DNA of 64,000 bases from Clostridia bacterium (GTDB lineage: Bacteria; Bacillota; Clostridia; Oscillospirales; CAG-382). Both the position numbers and the translations under genes were made by a program. The DNA lies in assembly GCA_017516825.1 (NCBI GenBank), contig JAFXBC010000068.1, positions 10,950 through 74,949 on the forward strand, in the 5' to 3' direction. Positions within the stretch are counted from its first letter, which is position 1. Each line of letters starts with the position of its first letter. The notes under the pieces are model-generated. The model was not told the origin of the DNA, did not search any database, and was given only the letters and a program-made list of their open reading frames with translations. Positions 29,319-37,192 of this stretch are shown piece by piece.

Positions 29319-30387
29319 GACCCGAAAGATCAAAGAGAATTACAGGCACTTGCAAGCTCTCGTTCCTGCAGACTGCAAGGTTCTGGCAGTGGTAAAAGCG
29401 GATGCCTACGGACACGGTGCCGTGGAGATCTGCAACCGGCTTTACGAAAGCGGTTGCCGTTATTTTGCGGTGGCTTGCATTGAGGAAGCCATGCATTTGC
29501 GGAAGCACGGGATCAAAGGAAACATTCTGATCCTGGGGAACACGGATCCCTCTTACGCCAAGCAGTTGGAGGAGATGGATCTGATCCAGACGGTGGACTC
29601 CGAGGTATACGCCAAGGCCTTGGCCAAGGACGGCAGAGTGCGGGTCCATATCAAGGTGGACACCGGGATGTCCCGTTTGGGGCTTTACTGCCATCACCCC
29701 CGAGACGTGGAAGGGGTCGCAAAGGCCATTGAGGACATTTCCTCTCTTGAAGGGCTTTCCGTAGAAGGGATCTTTACCCACTTTGCGGACAGCGACGGAG
29801 AGACGGAGGAGTTCACACGGAAGCAATTCGGGTTGTTCACTTCCCTGCTGGATGTGTTGGATACCATGGGCGTGGACGTTGGGATCCGCCATTGCTGTAA
29901 CAGCGCGGGGATCCTGCGATTCCCGGAAATGCATTTGGATATGGTACGTGCGGGACTGGTGCTTTACGGGCTGATGCCTTCCGCATACGTAAAGGATCCT
30001 GCTTTACAGCCCGCCATGAAGCTGATCGCCAGAGTCTCTGCGGTGAACACCTTACAGGCCGGAGACGCGGTCTCCTACGGAGGCATTTTCAAAGCGGAAA
30101 AGGAGATGCGGGTGGCTGTTCTTTCCATCGGGTATGCCGACGGGCTTTCCAGAGCCTTGTCGGGAGATCTGGACGTGGAGATCAACGGACACCGGGTGCC
30201 CTTGATCGGACGGATCTGCATGGATCTTTGCATGGCGGATCTGGGAGACGTTCCCTGCAAGACGGGGGACGAGGCGGTGATCTTTGATACCCCCGAGAAG
30301 ATCGAGGAGATAGCGGAAAAGCTTGGTACCATCAATTACGAGGTAATCTGCTCCCTGAAGAAGCGGGTCTATATCGAATACGTTTGA
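29287..30387 (+). CDS. alr: Alanine racemase
   Basis: AVVKADAYGHGA (PLP lysine), HIKVDTGMSRLG, VSYG, IGYADG, GRICMD and TINYE. Confidence 0.97.
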   Translation: MTTQRVRVQIETRKIKENYRHLQALVPADCKVLAVVKADAYGHGAVEICNRLYESGCRYFAVACIEEAMHLRKHGIKGNILILGNTDPSYAKQLEEMDLIQTVDSEVYAKALAKDGRVRVHIKVDTGMSRLGLYCHHPRDVEGVAKAIEDISSLEGLSVEGIFTHFADSDGETEEFTRKQFGLFTSLLDVLDTMGVDVGIRHCCNSAGILRFPEMHLDMVRAGLVLYGLMPSAYVKDPALQPAMKLIARVSAVNTLQAGDAVSYGGIFKAEKEMRVAVLSIGYADGLSRALSGDLDVEINGHRVPLIGRICMDLCMADLGDVPCKTGDEAVIFDTPEKIEEIAEKLGTINYEVICSLKKRVYIEYV

Positions 30388-30390
30388 GTA

Positions 30391-30423
30391 AAAAAAGACT
30401 TCCCGAAGCAGGAAGTCTTTTTT
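30391..30423. terminator. Bidirectional intrinsic terminator
   Basis: AAAAAAGACTTCC-CGAAGCA-GGAAGTCTTTTTT between convergent genes. Confidence 0.9.
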
Positions 30424-30430
30424 GATGGGT

Positions 30431-31285
30431 TTATACAGGCACAAAACGCAGTAAAGCACAGGCGCCAACCATGGCGCTGGAGCAACAGATCTGCTGTTTG
30501 CCGGGGGCATATTCGGAGATATGATGCCCATGAACGTGGCCGCAAAGGATGGCGGCAATGGGACAGGTCTCCTCCTGCAGGTATGCCAGGAATTCTGCGC
30601 TCTCTGCATCCACGTCATCCCCGCCCAACAGGAAGTAGGGGTTGAAAATGGAGGTCTCTGCCGTGTTGTGGGGCGTTTTTACGGGAATATGCATAGCAAG
30701 CACGGGAACGTTGCCTTGATCCTTTTCTTGCTGTGCGGCGGCTTTCACGGCCTCGGACAGCTCTCGGGGGATCTTCTTGCGGGAATTATCGATCCCCAGA
30801 AGGGAGAGATTTCCGAACCGCAGGATCTGTACGGTTCCTTCTCCGGTATAGGGCAGATAAGCCTCATCGTTACCCACCTCGTGGTTGCCCCGCACCCACA
30901 TCCAGGGGATCTCTACCTTCTGCAAGCCGTCCCCGAGGAAATCGATGGTCTCGGTGCTGAAGTCGTTGAGCATATCCCCGGTCATCAACAAGCAATGGGG
31001 CCTTTTTTCGTTGACCAAGGAAATATACTTTGCAAGAGCTTCCTCCGGCTGGATAAGGTGGGGCTCGTCGTAAGCGTCTCCGTAGAGCTTTGCAAAGGAA
31101 AGACGGACACCCTGCCAGGCATCACGCTGTTTTTTAGCGAAAGCCTTCCATTCCTCGGTGCTGTTTTCGTCGGCGACGATGAGGTGCAGGTCGGACATAT
31201 GGAAGATCTGCACTTCCTCCTTGAGTCCCTGTACGGGGATCACCCGCTCCCTCACCTGGAAATAAGGATCGTTGGTATAGAACAT
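30431..31285 (-). CDS. Calcineurin-like metallophosphoesterase
   Basis: SDLH, TGD, GNHE, MHIP and GHVH motifs. Confidence 0.9.
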   Translation of the reverse strand: MFYTNDPYFQVRERVIPVQGLKEEVQIFHMSDLHLIVADENSTEEWKAFAKKQRDAWQGVRLSFAKLYGDAYDEPHLIQPEEALAKYISLVNEKRPHCLLMTGDMLNDFSTETIDFLGDGLQKVEIPWMWVRGNHEVGNDEAYLPYTGEGTVQILRFGNLSLLGIDNSRKKIPRELSEAVKAAAQQEKDQGNVPVLAMHIPVKTPHNTAETSIFNPYFLLGGDDVDAESAEFLAYLQEETCPIAAILCGHVHGHHISEYAPGKQQICCSSAMVGACALLRFVPV

Positions 31286-31297
31286 AGGGCAGGCGTA

Positions 31298-32161
31298 TTA
31301 TTCAAAGGTGACGCTGGATGCCCACTGGAAGACGTCGTCCTTCAGCTTGTTGGCGTCTCTTTCCATGGTAGTAAAGTCTACGAACCAGAAGGCCTCCTCG
31401 GATTTGTAGACGAAGGTGTAGCACTTGTAAACGCTGTTGTCTGCGGGGCTTTCCTCGGTATACTCGAAGTACATCAGGTCGCCTTCGGTCTTCACCTCGC
31501 CGTCGCAGTCGATGTATTGGTCATCCAGCATGGAGATCAAAGCGTCGGCATATTCCTCCAGAGAAAGATCCTCCAGGCCCTCGTAGGCGGAGAACTGCTC
31601 CTTCAGAACCAGAACCATGGCCTCGTTGGAGGAATAGCACTGGGTATAACCGAAGTATTCGTCTTCAAAGAAGTTGTCGTTCAGCGTGATGGAAATGCCA
31701 TCTCCGCTGAAGGTCTTATCGGATGCGAAGTCCAGATTGCGGAGAAGGCCGATGGCAACACCCACCAGGATGGCAACCAGGATGATGACCACGCCCTTGA
31801 CGGCATTCTTCTTGCGGTGCTTCAAAACAGCTTCGTTGGAGTTCCCGTCGAAGCGGAAGCCGTTGCCCGCGCCGACGCTGTTGACGCACTTACCGGACAG
31901 GACGATGTCCTCGGTGCCTGCGGGGAGCTGGTAGAATTCACCGGACATATTCTTGCTGAGCACGTCAGCAATGACGTAGATCTTGGCCTCCTCGTCGCCA
32001 ACCACGAAGTTGCGCTCTTCCCCGTTCTTCAGTTCGCCAAGCTTACGGCAAGGAACGCCGCCGATCTTGATCTCCTCGGACTGGGGGTCTTCGATGTAGA
32101 CCTTCATAGTCGCAAGGGACGCTACGAAGGACTTGGCTCGGATGATGGTAACGTTTCTCAT
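31298..32161 (-). CDS. Hypothetical single-pass membrane protein (cytoplasmic N-domain, acidic external domain)
   Basis: AAGGAGG RBS before ATG 32161; central TM after KHRKK; upstream TG-G-TATAAT at 32221-32213. Confidence 0.7.
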   Translation of the reverse strand: MRNVTIIRAKSFVASLATMKVYIEDPQSEEIKIGGVPCRKLGELKNGEERNFVVGDEEAKIYVIADVLSKNMSGEFYQLPAGTEDIVLSGKCVNSVGAGNGFRFDGNSNEAVLKHRKKNAVKGVVIILVAILVGVAIGLLRNLDFASDKTFSGDGISITLNDNFFEDEYFGYTQCYSSNEAMVLVLKEQFSAYEGLEDLSLEEYADALISMLDDQYIDCDGEVKTEGDLMYFEYTEESPADNSVYKCYTFVYKSEEAFWFVDFTTMERDANKLKDDVFQWASSVTFE

Positions 32162-32262
32162 AAAATGCCTCCTTTTAAGGCCGCAGGTATCGCGGCTCTT
32201 TTTGATACGGTCATTATACCATATCATATGAAAAAACACAATAGGATTTTTTCAATTTTCAC

Positions 32263-32294
32263 AAAAAAAGAAGGCAACTTTTAGTCGCCTTCTT
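32263..32294 (-). terminator. Intrinsic terminator closing the long protease/Opp/redoxin operon
   Basis: Minus strand AAGAAGGCGACT-AAA-AGTTGCCTTCTT followed by a T run. Confidence 0.8.
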
Positions 32295-32301
32295 CGAAAA
32301 C

Positions 32302-33384
32302 TCAATCATTGGGAGACCACTTACCCAGCAGGTAGTTTCTCAACTTGAAGTAATCCACCTTTTCGATCTTGCCGTTGCCGTCGATATCACTTCTGGAAAG
32401 CATTCCATCGTCGTAGTCGATCTCCTTGCCCAGCAGATAGGTCTTCAGCTTGAAGTAATCAAGCTTTCCGGCTTTACCGTCGCCGTCAATATCGCCAAAG
32501 ACGTAGGCGGGTTCTTCCTGCTCGAAATAGTAGCAAGCAAACATCCAGGCGTCATCCAGGTTACCGCCGATCCAGCCATCTGCACCGTACCAGCCCTGAA
32601 ACTTGCCAACGCCTTGGAAGATGATCATCAGGTCTTCGGTGAGAGGATAGTACGCAGTTTCATCGGTGCATGCCAGATATTCTCCCAAAGCTTGGTTGTA
32701 ATTGATCTTCTGTACGACGGTATCTCCCTCGTAGATCACGTCCTTCAGCTGACCGTACTCCTTTGCTGCGGCAAGACTCATCTGGAAGTCGGCAAGGCAG
32801 GCGTACAGCAGAGGACCGTTGGCACTACCCAGGTGATAATATCCGTCCGCGCCCTGAACAGCAATATCGCAAGTCTTATCGAAGGTATCCACGTACAGCA
32901 GATCATCCTCATTGCCCTCAAAGGTGAAGGGAACGGGGGTGAACTTGTTTTCGTAAACAGTCCACGGGATCTCAACAATGACGATCTCTTCCTTCTCAAC
33001 AGAGAGATTAACAGTAGCATCGTCGGTGATGACAGCAACCAGGATGGACTGGCCTACGGATCTGCATTCCCATTCGAAGCTGTTTTCCGTTACGGTTTCT
33101 GCAGTAGGCTCGATAGTGACCCACATACCGTTATAGCTGACGAGAGCCACCAAGCCGTTGGAGGCGGTGAAGATAAATTTGCCGATCTCGGTAGGTTCAA
33201 AGTAAAATACGGTGTATATGCAGTCGGGAACCATGTGGTATTCCTTGGTCCCTACGGAAAGACTTTCGTCAGACTGGACGTAGTTTTCCAAAGAGACCGG
33301 ATCCGCAGCCTCGGCGAGGACTGCCATGGGGGTAACGGTGAGGATCACAGCCATAAGCAGGCTAAGAAGTTTCTTCATGGTCAT
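32302..33384 (-). CDS. Secreted protein with an unassigned WxxxCxY domain and a C-terminal type I dockerin
   Basis: Sec signal (AVLA-EA); duplicated GDIDGDGK...DY..LK.YLLG and SDIDGNGK...DY..LR.YLLG dockerin repeats; paralog of 35918-37186. Confidence 0.85.
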   Translation of the reverse strand: MTMKKLLSLLMAVILTVTPMAVLAEAADPVSLENYVQSDESLSVGTKEYHMVPDCIYTVFYFEPTEIGKFIFTASNGLVALVSYNGMWVTIEPTAETVTENSFEWECRSVGQSILVAVITDDATVNLSVEKEEIVIVEIPWTVYENKFTPVPFTFEGNEDDLLYVDTFDKTCDIAVQGADGYYHLGSANGPLLYACLADFQMSLAAAKEYGQLKDVIYEGDTVVQKINYNQALGEYLACTDETAYYPLTEDLMIIFQGVGKFQGWYGADGWIGGNLDDAWMFACYYFEQEEPAYVFGDIDGDGKAGKLDYFKLKTYLLGKEIDYDDGMLSRSDIDGNGKIEKVDYFKLRNYLLGKWSPND

Positions 33385-33414
33385 GTTTGGGGCCTCCTGT
33401 TTTATAATTTAATT

Positions 33415-34593
33415 TTAGGAAAGGTATTCTCCGCTCCAGGTGATCACGGTGGCGGGGTACTTCCCTCGTCTGTTGGGAACGGCACCCACGTTGATGGACA
33501 ATTCATCCCCTGCCTGCACGCTGACGTCAACGTACAGTCTGCCTTGATCGTCCGTGATTTCCGCGTCGGAGGTGACCTGGGCGTAGCTGCGGTTGTTGGT
33601 AACCCTGATAAAGCTGTCAACGGTTGCGGAAAGGTAGAAGCGGATGACACCGTCCTCGGTGGCTGCGTAACGGTAGAAGTAACCCACATCGTTACCGGCT
33701 TCCAGAGAGACTACGTTGTCCTCCGTAATGGATTCCACCACGACGGCGTTGCCCATGGTTCCGAGAGGAAGCGCAAACTTCAAGTCAAAGGACTGCTCTC
33801 CGCTGCCGTTGTTTCCAATTTGGAAGAGAATGGCCTCGCTGGGCATTGCATTTTCCACATGGAAGGTCAAAACGCCATCCACAGGGGTGTAGGTCACGCC
33901 CTCGTAGATTACGTATACGTCCTCGGAAAGAATGGTCAGATCCATTCCGCCCACACGATAGATCCCGAAATACAGGGAAGAGCCGGACTGGATCTTCTTG
34001 GTGGTGACGGGCGTATTTTCATGAGGGATATAGAGATACGGATCCTCCTCCGTACCGGAGCCAAGAGGTTCCTCCTCTACGGGCTCGGAGGATTCCTCCG
34101 GCTCGGAAGGCTCGTCAGGTTCAGAGGGTTCTACGGGTTCTTCGGAGGATTCGTCGGGTTCAGAGGGCTCTACGGGTTCTTCGGAGGATTCGTCGGGCTC
34201 GGAGGGCTCTACGGGTTCCTCAGAGGATTCGTCGGGCTCGGAGGGCTCTACCGGCTCCTCGGAAGATTCATCGGGCTCGGAGGGCTCTACCGGCTCCTCG
34301 GAGGATTCGTCGGAAGGTTCTTCGGAAGGCTCAACAGAAGGCTCTTCGGAAGGTTCCTCGGAGGGTTCTTCGGAAGACTCGGCAGAAGGTTCCCGGGAAG
34401 GCTCGGAAGAAGAATCCGCAGAGGGTTCCTCGGAAGACGTATCTTCGGAGGAGGTTGCGGTGCTTTCCTCTTTGGAGACGGGATCTTCGCTTCCCTTGGG
34501 CGGAAGCTCTTCGGAGCATCCAACCAAGGCAAAGGAAAGAACGAAGGTCAGCAAAAGAGAAGCCGCGAGACAAAATAACAGTTTTTTGTTCAT
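33415..34593 (-). CDS. Lipoprotein with a long Glu/Pro/Ser stalk and C-terminal beta-sandwich domains
   Basis: Lipobox LVGC; ~150-aa E/P/S stalk; GSGTEEDPY motif; Y.ATEDG.I.F PPC-like strand. Confidence 0.85.
   Translation of the reverse strand: MNKKLLFCLAASLLLTFVLSFALVGCSEELPPKGSEDPVSKEESTATSSEDTSSEEPSADSSSEPSREPSAESSEEPSEEPSEEPSVEPSEEPSDESSEEPVEPSEPDESSEEPVEPSEPDESSEEPVEPSEPDESSEEPVEPSEPDESSEEPVEPSEPDEPSEPEESSEPVEEEPLGSGTEEDPYLYIPHENTPVTTKKIQSGSSLYFGIYRVGGMDLTILSEDVYVIYEGVTYTPVDGVLTFHVENAMPSEAILFQIGNNGSGEQSFDLKFALPLGTMGNAVVVESITEDNVVSLEAGNDVGYFYRYAATEDGVIRFYLSATVDSFIRVTNNRSYAQVTSDAEITDDQGRLYVDVSVQAGDELSINVGAVPNRRGKYPATVITWSGEYLS
34112..34312. repeat. 39-bp coding tandem repeat, about 5 copies (SSEEPVEPSEPDE)
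   Basis: Units such as GGAGGATTCGTCGGGCTCGGAGGGCTCTACGGGTTCCTC with synonymous variation. Confidence 0.92.
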
Positions 34594-34595
34594 AA

Positions 34596-35036
34596 TCAGT
34601 TACCCTTGGTCAAGGTCAAGGTATATTCGGTGGCTCCGTACTCAAGATGGATCTCAGCTTCGCCCTCGTAGGTGTAACCCTCGGGGAGAGACAGCACGGA
34701 AAGCTTATAGCCATCGGTGATCTCCGCCTCGAAAACGGCAACGCCGTTCTCATCGCTCATTGCGAACACACAGGATTCCTTGCAGATCTGCACGTAAACG
34801 CCAGAAACAGGGTTGCCGTCCTGATCCACAACGGTAACGGAGAACTTAGCCGCTTCCGGCAGAGAAGCTTCGGTGGAGGCTTCCGCAGAAGTTTCGGAAG
34901 AAGTCTCTGCAACGCTCTCGGCAGAGGATTCTATGGGAGTGGAGGTCTCGGTCTGCTCGGCGCAAGCCGCCAGGCAAAGAAGCATGGTCAAGCCCAGAAC
35001 AAGCGCAAGAAGTCTTTTGGTGAGTTTCATATTCAT
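34596..35036 (-). CDS. Small lipoprotein with a prealbumin/carboxypeptidase-regulatory-like domain and CxxxC
   Basis: Lipobox LAAC; S/E/T linker; FSVTVVDQDGNPVSGV.VQICKESC...SDENG.A.F...LPEGY. Confidence 0.85.
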   Translation of the reverse strand: MNMKLTKRLLALVLGLTMLLCLAACAEQTETSTPIESSAESVAETSSETSAEASTEASLPEAAKFSVTVVDQDGNPVSGVYVQICKESCVFAMSDENGVAVFEAEITDGYKLSVLSLPEGYTYEGEAEIHLEYGATEYTLTLTKGN

Positions 35037-35046
35037 TTTCTCCTTT

Positions 35047-35928
35047 TTAAGGATTCATTTCTTCCATGGTTTGGTACGTTTTCTGCACGTAGTTGTCGGA
35101 AGTGACAAAGTCGAAAAGCTTTGCGAAGGGTTCGGGGGTGGTAATTGCTCCCACGTGCACCAAGCAGATCATACCGTAGCGGTCAACAACCACCGTGGTG
35201 GGATAAGCACGGAGATTCATGGCCGTCTGCCAGAAGGGGTCTGCAGAAGCTACCGGGAAGGTCAGCGCCAACTGCTCCGCATAGGCGGAGACGGTGGTGT
35301 CGGTGCCGTCGTAGGGATTGATGGCGATGACCTCCAGACGATCCTTATATTCCCCGTAGGCCTGTTCCAGATAAGGAAACTCCATACGGCAAGGGCCGCA
35401 ACCGATGAACCAGAAATTCAGCACAACGGCCTTCTTTTCCGTGAGAAGGTCAGCGATGGAAAGCTGTGTGCCGTCGGTACAGGTGATGTGGAAATCGGGA
35501 ATAATATCTCCCAATCGAAGGGAAAGGTCGGATGTGTCCGTGACAAAATAGGGAGCGGTCTTTACCTTCACCACGGTGTCTTTTTCGGTGATGGGGTAAT
35601 ACTTATCCGTAACATAGCCCTGCTTTTCCAGGTAGATCACGGCAACGTAGGGATTGGATCCTTCCGCGGTAAAGGAAAGCTTCCCTTCCCTGTCGGTCAT
35701 GGCGGCATATACAAGGTCGGTGAGGGATGAATCCTCAAAAACCTTGACCATAACGCCGTCTATGGCCATACCGCCTTCCGTTTGGAAGGTGAGGGTGTAA
35801 TCCATGGGAACGCTTTCCGCCGAAGGGGCTTGGCTTTCCTCTGCGTGACCTTGACAGCCTGCCAAAGACAGGACCAGGCAGATCAATGCAACCTGCAGGG
35901 AGAGCAATCGTTTGCCATTATTCCACAT
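35047..35928 (-). CDS. TlpA/ResA-like thiol-disulfide oxidoreductase lipoprotein (CGPC)
   Basis: Lipobox LAGC; prealbumin-like domain; PDF...DG, VVLNFWFIGCGPCRMEFP and AYPTT.VVD cis-Pro loop. Confidence 0.9.
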   Translation of the reverse strand: MWNNGKRLLSLQVALICLVLSLAGCQGHAEESQAPSAESVPMDYTLTFQTEGGMAIDGVMVKVFEDSSLTDLVYAAMTDREGKLSFTAEGSNPYVAVIYLEKQGYVTDKYYPITEKDTVVKVKTAPYFVTDTSDLSLRLGDIIPDFHITCTDGTQLSIADLLTEKKAVVLNFWFIGCGPCRMEFPYLEQAYGEYKDRLEVIAINPYDGTDTTVSAYAEQLALTFPVASADPFWQTAMNLRAYPTTVVVDRYGMICLVHVGAITTPEPFAKLFDFVTSDNYVQKTYQTMEEMNP

Positions 35929-37186
35929 AGCAGCACATCAGCAACCAAGCGATATCGTGATTAATACCGGGCTCGGGGTTGCCGTCCAGATCAACAAACA
36001 GGTACGCACGGCTTTCGGGATCCCACCAACCCTGGTAATCACCATGCTGTTGTACAATATACTTCAGATCCTCGGTCAGGGGGTATACACCCATGGCTTC
36101 GTCGGCACAGGCGATGTATTCCATGAGACATTCGGAATAGGTTTCTTTTCTGTCGAAGTTGCCTTCCTCATCGTAGAAATACTTGGTAACGCCGGTATGC
36201 TCCAGGATGGTCTGGTAGGAATCCATATACTCGCTGTCCTCGGAAAGGCGCATCAGAACCAAAGGCCCGTCAGCGGAATCCAGATGGTAGAAGCCGTCGG
36301 TTTCGTTGTACACCAGGGTATATTCCTTGGTGAAATCGAATTCCTTCAAGGTAGTACCTGCGGGAAGCTGATATGCCTCGGGAGCTTTTTCTGCCTTATA
36401 AACAGTCCAGGGCTCATCCTCGATGGTCTTGATGGGATCGCCGATGCGGCGGATACCAAAGATGCAAGAGGTCTCGATATCTGCATCCACACCAAGCACC
36501 AGCACGTTGGTGCCACCTTCGCCGCTTCCGATCATGGAAGCTTTGATGGATACGGTGAACACGTTATCGGTGACGGTTGCAACACTGTTTTCCATCACGT
36601 AATGCGGAGAACCGTAGTAGCCGACGGTTGCTTTGGTCTCTCCGATCAGAGAGAACTCAAAGTTACCGGCAACGGTGGGAGTAAACAGGAAGTAGTTCCG
36701 AACGCCGGGGGTGAGCTCTACGTAGGTGGTTCCGATCCCTAAAGGATACGTCTCGATATCAGAAGAACCTACGGCGATGACCTGAGCCTCCGCAGTGATC
36801 CTGCCGCAGAGAGTCACTTCCGCAGAAGTGACCTCCGCAGTTACAGTGGTTTTTTCGTAATAATAGTTTTCTTCTCCATCGGAGAATGCAAGAGAAATCT
36901 CGTAATCCCCGGCAGTAAGGCTTTTGCTTGCAACGCCGTTTGCGTCACAAGGCTGCATGGCAACACGCTCACCGTTCTGCAAGAACTGAACGGCTACACC
37001 TGCTGTGCAGGGATCGCCGAACGCATCCTTAACGGTGACGGTGTAGGTAAGCTCGCCTGCGGGAACGGAGGAGTCTCCGTCGGAGGTCTCTCCTGCAGAG
37101 GAGGAGCAAGCCGCCAGAAGCATAGCTACGGTCAGCAGTGCGATCAAGAGGTAAGTTTTTACGGTCTTATAGATCATGGTGTTCAC
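35918..37186 (-). CDS. Lipoprotein with a prealbumin-like domain and the unassigned WxxxCxY domain
   Basis: Lipobox LAAC; shares PWTVY, DG[YF]YHL.SA.GPL, EY.AC.DE, YPLTEDL, QGW and AW...C.Y with 32302-33384. Confidence 0.85.
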   Translation of the reverse strand: MNTMIYKTVKTYLLIALLTVAMLLAACSSSAGETSDGDSSVPAGELTYTVTVKDAFGDPCTAGVAVQFLQNGERVAMQPCDANGVASKSLTAGDYEISLAFSDGEENYYYEKTTVTAEVTSAEVTLCGRITAEAQVIAVGSSDIETYPLGIGTTYVELTPGVRNYFLFTPTVAGNFEFSLIGETKATVGYYGSPHYVMENSVATVTDNVFTVSIKASMIGSGEGGTNVLVLGVDADIETSCIFGIRRIGDPIKTIEDEPWTVYKAEKAPEAYQLPAGTTLKEFDFTKEYTLVYNETDGFYHLDSADGPLVLMRLSEDSEYMDSYQTILEHTGVTKYFYDEEGNFDRKETYSECLMEYIACADEAMGVYPLTEDLKYIVQQHGDYQGWWDPESRAYLFVDLDGNPEPGINHDIAWLLMCCYVE

Positions 37187-37192
37187 CCGTTA

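Noticed and set aside
34112-34312. 39-bp periodic repeat as a possible CRISPR array
   Set aside because: No unique spacers, period is a multiple of 3, variation is synonymous within a CDS, and no cas genes are present.
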